A stretch of 64,000 bases of DNA from Octopus vulgaris (taxonomy: Eukaryota), in NCBI GenBank assembly GCA_951406725.2, contig OX597827.1:32674001-32738000 (forward strand), in the 5' to 3' direction. Positions within the stretch are counted from its first letter, which is position 1, and every line of letters starts with the position of its first letter. Positions 1-14,429 of the stretch are shown one piece after another. A program made the translations under genes and the position numbers. The notes under the pieces are model-generated. The model did not search any database and was not told the DNA's origin. It saw only the letters and a program-made list of their open reading frames with translations.

Positions 1-110
1 GTTATAGCCTATGACAGGATGAAAAGTGCCGCCCGGGGCGGACCGCACCTACACCCCCTCCCTAGCTACGCTAGTGGTTTTAGTTTAATGCTCAGGAAGA
101 ATGGAAAAGT

Positions 111-146
111 CTTTTACGTTTCGAGCCTATGCTCTTCGACAGAAAG
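111..146 (-). ncRNA. Minimal hammerhead-like motif, CUGUYGA family, copy 1
   Basis: Minus strand reads CUUU-CUGUCGA-A-GAGC(AUAG)GCUC-GAAAC-GUA-AAAG: helix I CUUU/AAAG, 4-bp helix II, GUA triplet, U at core position 6. Confidence 0.55.
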
Positions 147-225
147 GAAATATGAAGTGGGGAAAATAAAGACGGAGGAAAAAAATGTGCAGAGTTCAAT
201 ATATTGATATGTATGTATTCACACA

Positions 226-270
<45 letters not shown>

Positions 271-605
271 TATGTGTATGTGTATAAAACTATATGTAAT
301 CTTGTATATCTGTTTATATATATGCATGCATGTATGAATGGATGGAGGAAGAGATAGCTGTATGGATGGGAAGGAGTGTATATGCATGTTTGCAATTATG
401 CATCTATACTACATAATTCGCTTAATTATTGCATGTTATGTAAACATACACAGAATCTGATGCAAGAACTTTCCAGTTGTTGAGTAAGTGCAACACATGT
501 GTGCATGCATATGCATCTGAGTGTGTGCATGTGCATCCCTTAGTATGTGTACATTTAGATATGGTCTTTTATATAGCAATGTGATATCCTTTATGAATAT
601 GCAAG

Positions 606-815
606 GCGGCGAGCTGGTAGAAACGTTAGCACGTTGGGCGAAATGCTTAGTGGTATTTCGTCTATCTTTACGTTCTGAGTTCAAATTCCGCCGAGGTCGA
701 CTTTGCCTTTCATCCTTTGGGGTTCGATAAATTAAGTACCAGTTGCGTACTGATGTCGATCTAATCGACTGGCCCCCTCCCTAAAATTTTCGGGCCTGGT
801 ATCTAGAGTAGAAAA
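606..815 (+). mobile_element. tRNA-derived SINE family B (Meta-domain-like core)
   Basis: GGCGGCGAGCTGG head, GAGTTCAAATTCC B-box, core GCCTTTCATCCTTT..GATAAATTAAGTACCAG; many copies in the window. Confidence 0.85.
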
Positions 816-945
816 GATCCTTCATGAATATGTGTGTGTAGATGTATATATGGGCATTCGTGGATTTGCGTGCATGTAAAATGTTTGTATACGGATATGC
901 CCTTATGTTTGTACGCAATGTATGCATGCTTATATATATTTATAT

Positions 946-1310
946 GTGGCTGAGTAGTAAGAAGCTTGCTACCCAACTACATGGTCCCGGGTTCAGTCCC
1001 ACTGCACAAATGTCTTCTACTATAGCCTCGGACCGACCAAAGCTTTGTAAGTGGATTTGGTAGACGGAAACTGAAAGAAGCCCGTCGTATACATATATAT
1101 GTATATATTTGTGTGTGTGTGTTTGTGTCTGTGTTTGTCTCCCACCATCGCTTTACATCCGATGTTGGCGTGTTTACGTCCCGTAACTTAGCTGTTCGGG
1201 AAAAAACCGATAAAATAAGTACTAGGCTTACAAAGAATAAGTCCTGAAGTCTATTTGTTCCACAAAAGGTGGTGCTCCGGCATGGCCGCAATCAAACGAC
1301 TGAAGTAATA
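946..1310 (+). mobile_element. tRNA-derived SINE family A
   Basis: GTGGCTG..GTAAGAAG head, GGGTTCAGTCCC B-box, internal (TA)/(TG) tract, 3' CATGGCCGCA..GACTGAA; more than 10 copies in the window. Confidence 0.85.
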
Positions 1311-1719
1311 GAATATGTGTGTGTATACGGTCGCGCGCACACAAACACACTGTGTACACGTATATCGAGTGCATATGCGGGCGTAGATGTATAACATATG
1401 TAGGTATTAATCTGTGTGCATATGTGTGTCTGAGTGTTTCAACATAGCCGGGTTTACGTAATGATGAATAGATTGTGCAATGGTTGGGAAGAAATGTGAA
1501 TATACTTATATGTGCGTGTGTGTGTGTGTTTATGTACATATATATATATATATATATACACACGTATACACATACATATATACACATACATACAGTATAT
1601 GTATATAATTATATGTATGTTTGGTGATGCAAACAGGAAAATATAACTCAAAACAAGTTTATATCTGTATTTTTTATTATTTGTAATCGGCAAGAGGTAG
1701 TTTCTTTCGCTATTCCCTA

Positions 1720-1782
<63 letters not shown>

Positions 1783-1786
1783 TATT

Positions 1787-1820
<34 letters not shown>

Positions 1821-2322
1821 GAAACACACTTCAACATTGTTGTAAAAAAGTTTTTTTAATACAATAATAAAAAACGTGCAAACCAGACCGTGTTGAAACT
1901 TTATTCATCTGATATATACACACATATACACATTTATGTGTACGTGCGGATTACTGTGCGTCTATCTCTCTCTTTCTGATTTTTTTTCTTTTGTTCTCAG
2001 TATATCAACTTGCTTATAACCGTATTATTTATCTGTAGTAAACCTTCAAGGCACATCTTATCGATCTTTCAAAATTGCATTCATCTATCTATCTATCTCT
2101 CTCTCTCTCTCTCTCTCTTTTCCTTCCCACTCTCTCCCCCTCTCTCTCCATCTATCTGTCTATCTATCTATCGATCTATCTACCATTCAGTCTGTTCGTC
2201 TGTCTGACCGTCTAGGCTCTTTGGAAATGTGTGTTCTAATTTTACCATTGCCATTAATTATATTTTATGTGTCTACATCACACTTTATGTATCTGTCAAT
2301 CTCTGTTCGTTTTTCTCTCTTT

Positions 2323-2375
<53 letters not shown>

Positions 2376-2478
2376 TCTGCCTGCTTCTTTTCTTCTCTCT
2401 CTCATTCTCCCATACACACACCTCCACACACACACACACACACTGTCTGCCTATCCCCTTCTCTCCACACTCACACAC

Positions 2479-2513
<35 letters not shown>

Positions 2514-3451
2514 GCCGCGCGCGCGCCTGCACACAGATATATGCACACACACACACACACACTCACACCAGCATGTGCATACGCACATACGTATACACAC
2601 ACAAACATGCACATGCGCACACGCGTCTATGTATACATACACATTTCTGCCTCTGTCTTTCCCCCCTCTTTCGCCCTCCAGATATTCTCTTCTGTCTGCC
2701 ACCCCCTCTCCCTATATATTCCATCATATTCACACACACACACACACACACACACTCATCCCTCCTCTCTCTTTCTCTCTCACACATATATACACGCACA
2801 TGTACATACATACACACATACATGCACCTCTCTGCCGTTCTCTTTCCCTCTCTCCCCATCTCTTAGTTTCTCTCCCCTTCTCTCTCTCCCTCTTTCACCA
2901 CACACCCACACACACTATCATTTTGGTACAATCGAAATTCGAAGAGATCAGAGAATGATTCTATGGTGCTTCACAATACAAACCCTTCTACATGTTTTTT
3001 TCAGTATTCTCTCTCTGTCTGCCTGCCTGTTTGCCTGTCTCTATCTCTGTCTGTTTCTCTCTACCTGTGCGCGCGCTCATTCCTGAAGTGAACGGATCTC
3101 TATCAGTTTCTGCGGTGAATATTCTAGTTTTCCCGTTCACTGAGCTGCCTAACTCTTTCACTGAATATATATTGCTGTAAGTAGCTGATTACCTGGCAAT
3201 CATTTATGCAACTACCCCATAAACACTTATATTTCATATATTGTTCAACGGTATTGAACAGACAGATTCAGTGTTACACAGTGTACGACCTAACTAACTG
3301 CTTTGAACTGTGGGTGCCTATTCGAGGTGTCTGTCTGGTCCTTGCCAATTAATTGCCAATGCATTTACAATTTGTATGTCACAAATCGAAAGAACGCCAC
3401 CCGTTCGGCATCAGTTTTCTCAATATATATACCTGTAGGTATGACTATATA

Positions 3452-3843
3452 TCTATATATATATAAAGCTGAAGTTGTCTGTGTATGGCAGGTTTGGTAG
3501 CCTTCAACTAACACTATCTCCTCCGAGACCCTGCGGCGCAAGTTGACCAAAATTGAGAGTATGATAGAAGAAGGCTTGCTCTTCATTCCGTAAAAGGAAA
3601 AATTCAAATCGGACCATGTTAACACCAAAAGTTATTTACATTAAAAATGTCCTTTTTTTCTATGAAAATCCCTATTTCTTACGATTTTTTGACTGCTGTA
3701 TCGCCATTTTTCGGTGTATTTCAACCAGAAAAATGTTCTCTTAAAGAGAATAACAAGCTACATAATGCAAAATTTTTACTTTTCAAAAATTCCAATTCTA
3801 AAGGGTCGAACCAAACCCGAGCAACGCCGGGCGATACTGCTAG
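3452..3843 (+). mobile_element. Non-autonomous Helitron
   Basis: 5' A|TCTATATATATATAAAG, subterminal GC hairpin CCCGAGCAACGCCGGG (3816-3831), 3' CTAG|T, no TSD. Confidence 0.8.
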
Positions 3844-3848
3844 TGGTG

Positions 3849-3923
<75 letters not shown>

Positions 3924-4194
3924 ATATGTCTGTGCTTGTCCCCACCACCATCGCTTGACAACCGATATTACGGGGACGTAAACACACCAATATCGGCTGT
4001 CAAGCGATGGTGGTGGGGACAAGCAACTTAGCGGTTCGGCAAAGGAGATCGATAGAATAAGTACCAGGTTTACAAAGAATAAGTTCTGGGGTCGATTTGT
4101 TCGATTAAAGGCGATGCTCTAGTGTGGATACAGTCAAGTGACTGAAACAAGTTAAAAAGAAAAAAAAAAGAACATGTATGTATATTTATGTGTG

Positions 4195-4272
<78 letters not shown>

Positions 4273-4344
4273 TGTGTGCGTGTGTGTATTGATCGCTAGC
4301 CACTAAGCCTTTTTTATTTTCTCTCTCTGCTTATTTCTGTGTTC

Positions 4345-4380
4345 CTTTCTGTTGAAGAGCGCAGGCTCGAAACGTAAAAG
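4345..4380 (+). ncRNA. Minimal hammerhead-like motif, CUGUYGA family, copy 2
   Basis: CUUU-CUGUUGA-A-GAGC(GCAG)GCUC-GAAAC-GUA-AAAG inside a ~180 bp repeat (about 4290-4470) that ends in (TA)n. Confidence 0.6.
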
Positions 4381-4478
4381 ACTTTCTCACCTCCCGAGCG
4401 TTAAACTAATACATCTGTTTGTTGTTACCCGTCTTTTGTTTTGTATTTTGCTTTTTGTAAATTACAACTATATATCTA

Positions 4479-4553
<75 letters not shown>

Positions 4554-5108
4554 AAATGTATACATGTGTGTATGCAGATATATATGTGTGTGTGTGTGTA
4601 TGTATGTATATAAAATGTTTTAATTTATGTAATACATATATCTATAATATATGCACACAAACACACATACACACACAGATTTATGAGATATATGTTTTTT
4701 GTATCTGCATCTATGTATATGTTTGTGTTTTATTTACCAACACAAAAACGCCGACTCCCAAAATCCAGCGTTTGATCAAAATAAGAAATTATGTAATCGA
4801 TAACATATGACATCGATAAAGCATCAGTCTGAATCACCACTTCCAGTACTTAGCTTGTTCCGATCGACAAAATTCCTTGAAAGCGAAGAACCTAAAATTT
4901 TATGAAAAACTTGAATTTATTCATCTTCTGATCAACCCAGACCAAACAAACCCATCATCAAAGGCGTTCCGACCATGACTATCCTGGTGTATGTAAGACT
5001 GTATTAGAATTCCTTCCATTCTTTATTGTTAAAACGATAGCGTGGAGATTCGGCCTGCACGAAAGGACCAGCCCTTCAGTTTTGATGTGGGAGTAGGGTG
5101 GTTTAGGG

Positions 5109-5367
5109 TAGTTGTTCTCAACCATTATTTTTGTTACCTGGGACCCCTTTCGTTCCTGTTTCACATGATTTAATGTTTTTAAAAAATCCTATTTATATTT
5201 TTAGGGTGAAATATTAAGAATTGCATTAAAAAATTGCTAAAATATTTTGCGTTTTAGAATTATTAACAATTTATTGCAAATAAATTTTAACGACAAAATC
5301 TTATATGAACCTCTAAGAATCATTATAGGCTCCCAAAGGTCAAATAGGCCCCGGTTGAGAACCGCTG
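5109..5367. mobile_element. hAT/Charlie-like MITE, uninterrupted copy
   Basis: TIRs TAGTTGTTCTCAACC / GGTTGAGAACCGCTG; body shared with 51985-52654 and 61652-62093. Confidence 0.7.
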
Positions 5368-5482
5368 GTGTAGAGCATAAAATGATTGCGGCTTAGGGGC
5401 GCCCTCTCTGGCCCCTGTCATGTTTGCCCTTGGTAGAAGTTTTGATAATGTTTCATCTATATTCTTTGTTGTGATGTATGTA

Positions 5483-6381
5483 AAGTAACCCCTCGCCATA
5501 TCGGGGTTCACCTATCGCGCACTCAGTACATCACGGACCTTTCATGGTTAATATATGTTAATTTATATCGTGGACTCCTCAGTATATCACGGGTTTCTGC
5601 GGCCGTTAGGTATTTATATTTTTGGGGATTTCAATTATTTCTGTCGTAAATTCAGCATTTTCACGCCTAAAAATTAATAAATTAATAAATAAAAATTCAG
5701 TACTGCTCTGTATAACACATTAATTAGAATATATTAACAGAAAATACGTAGTGTACCGTAGATGAGTAAACAAAGTATCGCACATAGTGTGTGGAAAACG
5801 AAACTCGGGAGGCGAGTGTGTAGCGTTGTTTTGCATTTATGATAAAATAAATATATACAAATTATAAAAATAATATATACATATATATATATTATATAGA
5901 CGTAGGAGTGGCTGTATGGTAAGTAGCTTGTTTACCAACAACACGGTTCCGGGTTCAGTCCCACTGCGTGGCACCTTGGGCAAGTGTCTTCTACTGTAGC
6001 CTCGAGCCGACCAAAGCCTTATGAGTGGATTTGTTAGATGGAAACTGAAAGAAGCCCGTCGTATATATATATGTATGTCTGTGTCCACCCCCACCCCCCC
6101 AAATAAAAACATGCTTGACAACCGTTGCTGGTGTGTTTACGTCCCCGTATCTTAGCGGTTCGGCAAAGAGATCGATAGAACAAGTACTAGGCTTACAAAG
6201 AGTAAGTCCTGGGGTCGATTTGCTCGACTAAAGGCGATGCTCCAGCATGGCCGCAGTCAAATGACTGAAACAAGTAAAAGAGTAGAAGACTATACAGTAC
6301 AGTACTGTTTCTACTTCGCAGATTTTCACTTATCGCAGGAGGTTTTGGAACGTAACACCCGCGATAGTCGAGTGGTTACTT
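5483..6381. mobile_element. Tigger/pogo-like non-autonomous DNA transposon with nested SINE
   Basis: TA|AAGTAACCCCTCG ... CGAGTGGTTACTT|TA; SINE A inserted at 5898-6281. Confidence 0.6.
5898..6281 (+). mobile_element. SINE family A, full length
   Basis: Colinear with 946-1310 and 57310-57705. Confidence 0.9.
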
Positions 6382-7439
6382 TATTCAATAACAAGAGGAT
6401 TTTGTATGTCTATCGTAGGAGAGTCTTTTTTTTTTCTGGTGGTATATATGTATGTATATCTCTTTTGAATCTAATTATTCAAATTCTTCCTCTTAAAAAG
6501 AAGCTGGGTTCTAACAAAGACACAAAGCTCCATCTTTGGAATGTAGACAACGAAAACAATGTCATATTCTAAACCTGAGAAAAGTTTTGCATAGTTTTTA
6601 CTGTTGCGCTTACAGATTGTATTTGTAATGTACGAATCAGCTAATTGATTTCTTTTTCTGAAAATCCAAGCTTATCCACACTGACAGTTGGACATCTATT
6701 ATATAAAATCCGTTATGTGTGTGTGTGTGTGTGTCTTCTAGGATCTCGGGCATCCTCCATCCGATTGCGCTCAAATTTGATTTGTGGATACCGACAGTAT
6801 CAGGGCATGTATAAGTCTTGAAAAAATTACATAAATCGATTCCAAGTGAGAATGCGATCGATAAAGCCGTGGGAACGTGCACGTTTCTTTCCTGCCAAGC
6901 TTGCAGTTTAAACCATGTTTGTGTTCTCCCAGTCAACAGCCTTATCATTACTGGTACTTTAAACCCTTCGGTTGCATATTTGTGTGAATAAAATCGTTTT
7001 TCTTTGGAATAGAAAAAAGTCTATCTTTATTTCTTCTGTTGCTGGTGTCTCAAATTTAGGTTAAAACAGTGTTTCTCAAAGGGGAGGCCTATGGTACGGT
7101 CGGACAAGCTGTTTTGAGAAAATTTGGTTTAAATGTTTGACAACTCAGCACCGTCCATTGGGCGTTTTGCTCGTTTACTTATAAAACCAAGTGTTCCAGT
7201 TATTATTAGTATAAACAAAATTTGAAATCCGGAATTAGAAGCCAGAGGTTTCGAAGCAGTTGTCCATAACTATCTTCTTTATCTTTGATTTTCAAAGAGA
7301 TATTCACATCAGCAGGACAGCTGACCTTTATTCTTGTCTGTTCCAAACAACAATATCCAACCTGTTATGCTTATTTATACTTGACAGATGTTTTGATGGA
7401 GATGTTCTACCAGTATTCTTTGATGCATTCCTATGTATG

Positions 7440-7760
7440 TATGTATGTATGTATGTATGTCATTGTTCAGTTTTATTTCAAGATTTCTTGCCAATAAAGA
7501 GCCGGTTTCTAACCTAGATCCAAGGCTCGTCCATTGGAGTTTCAGCATCAACAACAGGGTATTTTTGTAAGTATGTATGTATATATGTATGTATGCATGC
7601 ATGCATGTATGTGTATGTACAGATTCCTATGTCTTGTTTTATGCAAGTATTCTCATGTATATGGTTACATATCTAGACAAGCATATATATATTTAAATAA
7701 TAAACTTCTGGAAAGTTTTACAGATTTTTACAGTTCCAGTGATGGATTGGATCTGTAGTC
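7440..7760 (+). repeat. Unclassified dispersed repeat (second copy about 20295-20585 on minus strand)
   Basis: Shared blocks GAGCCGGTTTCTAACCTAGAT and AAGTTTTACAGATTTTTACAGTTCCAGTGATG with an internal (TATG)n. Confidence 0.7.
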
Positions 7761-7904
7761 TTTGAATTAGCATTCCCCTTTCTGGTTTTGAGAAATCTAA
7801 TTTGTATGTATGTATGTATGTATGTATGTATGTATGTATGTATGTATGTATGTATGTATGTATGTATGTATGTATGTATGCATGTATGTATGTATGTGAA
7901 TCTT

Positions 7905-8270
7905 CGTGGCACTCTGTCGGTTACGACTTCGGGGGTTCCAGTTGATCCAATCAACGGAACAGCCTGCTCGTGAAGTTAACTTGCAAGTGGCTGAGCACTC
8001 CACAGACATATGTACCCTTAACATAGTTCTCGGGGGAGATTCAGTGTGACACAGATTGTGACAAGGCTGGCCCCTTTGAAATACAGGTACAACAGAAACA
8101 GGAAGAAAGAGTGAGAGAAAGTTGTGGTGAAAGAGTACAGCAGGTTTGCCATCCCCTCCCTGCCGGATCCTCGTGAAGCTTCAATAAACTCTCACAACGC
8201 CCGGTCTGGGAATCGAAATTGCGATCCTACGACCGCCAGCCCGCTGCCCTAACCACTGGGCCATTGCACC
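7905..8270 (-). mobile_element. tRNA-derived SINE family C
   Basis: tRNA-like head at about 8200-8270; body GTGGAGTGCTCAGCCACTTGCA..CAACTGGAACCC shared with 28430-28728, 41158-41395 and 53000-53845. Confidence 0.75.
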
Positions 8271-8279
8271 TCTACGATT

Positions 8280-8313
<34 letters not shown>

Positions 8314-9339
8314 TGTATGCATGTATGAATGCATGTATGTATGTATGTATGTATGCATGTATGTATGTATGAATGCATGTATGCATGTATGTATGTATGC
8401 ATGTATGTATGTATACACATGTATAACACTCTTAATGCTACTGGTAACATTTACTCAGGACAACTTGTCGCATGTTCGGTCCGTCGGTGACTAAACCGGC
8501 ATCCCTTCCAAGCCTCCTGCTTGATACGGAGGGTGGTTTTCGTTAAGCACCCTACAGAACGAAAACCAAAACCTGTCAAAGGATAGACAAACTCAGTCGA
8601 ATCAACGACCATCCAACAGCTGGCAGTAAGAGACCCCCTAGTCTTTCTTTAGACATCATTCTAGAATAAGGAAATTCCAAAATAACCCCCGCCTCTTACT
8701 CTTGTTTGTTTCTGGACTATTTGGTTCCGTTGGTGGTGATGGTGATTTTAAATTTCAGTATGGGCAATGCTGGCAGCCATTGTCTTTAATATTTGTTGTT
8801 GTTGTTTGTTCCTTCTCAAGCCATGCTTGGCTCATTAGGGCCGGTTTCCCGGTTTCCTTGGCGTATAGGTTCCCCACCTGGACGGGACGCCGGTCCGTCG
8901 CAGGTGAGCTACAAGATGCAGGAGGAAAGAGTGAAAGTTGTGGTGAAAGAGTCAGCAAAAGTTCTCCGGAGCCGTGTGGAGCTTAGGTGTTTCACTCATA
9001 AACACACACATCGCCCGGTCTGAGATTCGAACCCGCGATCCCTCGACCGCGAGTCCGCTGCTCTAACCACTAGACCACGTGCTTCCACACCACGTGCCTC
9101 CACGCCATGTACACTATACGCATGCATAAAATTCAGTATACGGATTTATATCTACATCTGTGGAATGATGCCCACGAGGGACTTTTCACCAGCATAAGAC
9201 GATAATCGAACCAGCCACACTAGATGCATTTTCTATTAAACAGTTCCTTTGGATTAATTCATCCAGCCTTACTACATCCTCATACTACTATCAACACCAC
9301 CACCACCACCACTACTACTACAACTACTACTACTACTAC

Positions 9340-9407
<68 letters not shown>

Positions 9408-9409
<2 letters not shown>

Positions 9410-9623
9410 CCTTTCTACTGAATGCACAGAGCCTGAAATTATGGGGGAGGGGACGAGTCGATTACATCAACCCCAGTGCGTAACTGGTACTTATTTCATC
9501 GATCCCGATAAAATGAAAGGCAAAGTCGACCTCGGCGGAATTTGAACTCAGAACACGCAAAGAAGGAAGAAATGCCGCTAATCGTTTTGCCCGGAGTGCT
9601 AACGTTTCTGCCAGCTCGCTGCC

Positions 9624-9675
<52 letters not shown>

Positions 9676-9928
9676 TAATAATAATAATAATAACAATAAT
9701 AATGATGATGATGATGATGATTTCAAATTTTGGCACAGGGCCATGCAATTTCGGGGGAGGGGGTAAGTCGATTAGACCCTAGTACTCAGCTGGTACTTAT
9801 TTCATTAACGCCGAAAGGATGAAAGGCAAAGTCTATCTTGGCTGAAGTTGAACTCAGAACACGTAAAGACGGACGAAATACCGCCAATCATTCTTTCTGA
9901 CGCAGTAACGATTTTGCCGTCTCATCGC
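9408..9928 (-). mobile_element. Two SINE family B copies embedded in (AAT)n arrays
   Basis: Reverse-complement matches to 606-815 at 9408-9624 and 9725-9928. Confidence 0.85.
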
Positions 9929-10803
9929 TTCTCTTGATAACAATAACGGAATATTCGTCTTTAGAAAAAAATGTAAAGAAAACTGTGTGAGTGACACAAC
10001 ACATTTACATAATGCTACAAGGTCGACTGGCAGACAATAATCAGTAGAGTCTCAATAGAGACTGGATTATGAATAAATAAATATACAGGCGAATATCCAT
10101 ATCTGTTGAGCATAGGATGTGAAATTGGGTCAGCAAAGAGAGACGTAGTCGATTGTGTGTGTGTTTATTTATTCATAAATCCACGCTGTTATTAGCACTT
10201 AAGTCATTATATATACATGTGTACATACAATCCTCCACTCCGTGCACGAACACACGCACACACATACATGCAAGCGCACATACACCACATACACGCGTGC
10301 GCGCGCGCACACACGAATCAATTATAGATCCATTTCAGACGATCTTATCATCGGTTTCGCACTGAGTGTCAAGTAACCGTGTGTTAGATAACAGTGCGGT
10401 TAACAAACACCACGCACTCTCCAGAGATAGCATATGTACGTACGTACGTACGTATGTATGTATGTATGTATGTATGTATGTATGTATGTATGTATGTATG
10501 TATGTGTGCATGCATACATGTATGTATGTATGTATGTATGTATGTATGTACGTACGTACGTACGTACGTACGTATATATATATATATATTTGTATATACA
10601 TTTACACGCACAATCAGTGAGGTCTCTAATCTGTCCCGGACATCTATTCGTTAACCAACTTTTGTTTACTTGAAATACATACAAACAGTGGTATTCCGTT
10701 GCAAGCTACACCGAAACTCCACATAACAGATATGAAGTACTGTTGTATTTGTCACTCCATCAAAGATTGCCGAAGAATTTACATCAGCCGAGCTATTAAC
10801 CCC

Positions 10804-10873
<70 letters not shown>

Positions 10874-11938
10874 GTTATTTTCTCTTTTAGTTTGATAACA
10901 AAAATCCTAATTATATCTTCTAGATATTAATATTAAAGTAGTTACTCGCATGTAAGGTTACGTGATTTTAGCCACTCGAAAACCCCCATTGCCGACATAT
11001 CGGAAGTCGCAACTGTTTGCTGTCATGGAAATCAGCATACATAACGAAGATGGTACCTTTAAGTGACCTCTCGACCTGCAATAGATACTAGCCAAATCTT
11101 TAAACTAAACCAAAATGCAGTGGTTCCTAACCTTTTTTAATATTGTACTAAATCCAAAACCTGGATATTTTTAGGGGGCCGTACCCAAAAATCTAAAATC
11201 CCAAAAAGAACGATACATCACTATGTAAGATCCGATCTGCGGCCCGCCAGAGTTAACTCCAACCGATCTACTACCCCAATCCCTACCCTCTTTAAATTGT
11301 TTATACTCCGCACCTTTGTATATTTGGCTATATTCCTGCACCCTTATAAACAACCAACTTACTTATTCACTCACCCTACTTATTATAATATAAAATTCAC
11401 TAAGCCCACCTCTATAAAATCTTGTGGCCCAGCGCCAATTGCTTCAGGAATGATTAATTAAGAAAAGAGCTCGCAGAAACAGCGCGCGCACGCGCACACA
11501 CACATACACTCACACACGCACGCACACACACACACACTCTCTCTCTCTCTCCTTTCTTCCTTCCTTTCTTCCTTTCTTTCTTTCTCTTTCTTCCTTCCTT
11601 TCTCTGTCTCTCTCTCTCGTACACGCGCGCGCGCGTTCTAAGGCAAGCATTTATATAAACATTCACAGAGTGTTTAAGCGAGTGATTCAACATTTACAGT
11701 CATAAGCTTGCCCTGTACCCCGAGACAGACAAGCCACGCACTCATCCATTAACCTAACCTAGTCATTCTGACAAATCGACCTACACTCATTGGCTTCTCT
11801 CTCCCTCCCTTGGCCTCCCCTCCTTCGCTCTCCCTCTCTCTAATCGACACCTCCACGCCACCACAAAGCACCTGACATCATCCAGTTTACTTACTCGTTC
11901 ATCCGCTTCAGTTTATTTAGACAAGACCTACAAATATA

Positions 11939-12028
<90 letters not shown>

Positions 12029-12055
12029 ATATATATATATATATGTATATATTTT

Positions 12056-12454
12056 ATTTATTATATAGAAGGAGCTTCTACAGGACTAGTACTGTTTCAT
12101 TCAAGAGAAATCTTCAGGAAGCTATTTAACAAGAATTGTATTAGCATTTATACATTTAGGCAGGTTTAAAGGAGTGGTGGTGGGGGACTTTTTTGGGGGT
12201 AGGCATAGCGCAAAATATCATACTTGGGGGAGTGGTCAAGGAGTCAGTGGTAAGTTAGATGAAAGAATAGATAAATAAAAAAATAAAAAAATAAAAAAAT
12301 AAATAAAAAAATAAAAAAAATAAAAAATATATATAAAATATATATATATAAAAAAATATATATATAAAAAAAGGGGGGATAGAGTTATAGGTAAATAAGG
12401 AGATTCTCACTTATACCTATACACATATGTATACGTATCTACACACACATACAT

Positions 12455-12495
<41 letters not shown>

Positions 12496-12806
12496 TATAC
12501 ACATATACATATATACACATATACATACATATCTACATACACACATACATACACCCGCCCACATATACAAATTTATACACATGCACATGCATATACCTGT
12601 CTACACATACACACACGTATATATGCATACACTCACTCCCATGCATGCACGCATACACACATGTATATATATACCCACGACCACACATACATATATACAC
12701 AGAAAAATATATATTCATACGCACATACACTCATGCACACACAACACACCTAGTTCCCTATATACACATATTTACACCTATATATACATACACCCACATA
12801 CACACA

Positions 12807-12848
<42 letters not shown>

Positions 12849-12947
12849 CACGCATACATATATATACATGTGTGCACATACATACATATACACATATACA
12901 TACACACACACATACACATGTGTACCTATACATACCTACACATACAC

Positions 12948-13020
<73 letters not shown>

Positions 13021-13409
13021 CCAATACAGGCCCATTCCCTAATTTTAATTTTATTATCTTCATTTATTACTTTTGTTATCTTTGATCGCTAGAGCTAAGG
13101 ATCCTGGCTATGGCAGCATGTCCATTTGTCTGTCTACTAGAAGGCAAGTACTCATTCCCGCACGCACACTCATTAGCACGTACATTCGCCCATTCGTACA
13201 CTCATACACATACACGTACGCACGCGTTATATTCATACATACAAACATCTACATACGTTCACGTATATACACATACGTACTCGTACCTACAGATTCGTGT
13301 CTACACTTTAGGAGGCTAGTCTATACATATACACCAATAAATATACATATATATATATATACACATATACATACACACACACACATATACTCCTACATAC
13401 AGATACATA

Positions 13410-13451
<42 letters not shown>

Positions 13452-13655
13452 CATACACATACACACATATATATACACACACATACATACACATATATAT
13501 ACATACACAAAGATATATACACACATATATATATATATATACACACATACACACACATACATACATATACACACAAACACATACATACGTATACATACAT
13601 ACATACATCCATACATCCATACTTACATGCATTTATACGCATACACACACCCCCA

Positions 13656-13690
<35 letters not shown>

Positions 13691-14179
13691 TCACACATAC
13701 ATATACAAATATACGCACACACATACATACATACACGTATACACATACACGCACATTCACATATACATGCGTACCCATACACGTGCACACACGCACGTGC
13801 ATCCATATATATACACACACACACATATATACACGTGTGCAAGCATACATACATACTCATACACGCACACATACTTACATATACATATATGCACACACTT
13901 ACACACCTATATACATACACATATACATGCATACATACATATATGCATACATACACATACACGCACATACACATATACATGCGTACCCATACACGTGCAC
14001 ACACGCACGCGCATCCATATATATACACACACACACATATATACACGTGTGCAAGCATATATACATACTCATACACGCACACATACTTACATATACATAT
14101 ATGCACACACTTACACATATATATATACATACACATATACATGCATACATACATATATGCATACATACACACGCGCGCA

Positions 14180-14242
<63 letters not shown>

Positions 14243-14416
14243 ACATACATACACACATACACATACATACACATACACATACATACATATATATATATAC
14301 ACATATATACACATATACACATACATATATACACATATACACATACATATATACACACACACATATACATACATATACATACACACACACATACATATAT
14401 ACATATACACTGATAC
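12056..14416 (-). repeat. Left arm of 2.36 kb inverted repeat (inverted copy of the PLE 3' region)
   Basis: Reverse complement of 16749-19112, including unique blocks; ORFs 13073+ and 18110- both begin [15 protein letters not shown]. Confidence 0.95.
12073..12123 (-). ncRNA. Type I hammerhead ribozyme (inverted PLE copy)
   Basis: Exact reverse complement of 19045-19095. Confidence 0.85.
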
Positions 14417-14429
14417 CCTGTGACCCCCC

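Noticed and set aside
13073-14413. 446-aa and 452-aa (16752-18110) His/Thr/Tyr/Ile-rich ORFs and similar YI/CV/HT ORFs
   Set aside because: Translations of TA/CA/TG microsatellites, which lack stops in several frames; no domain signal
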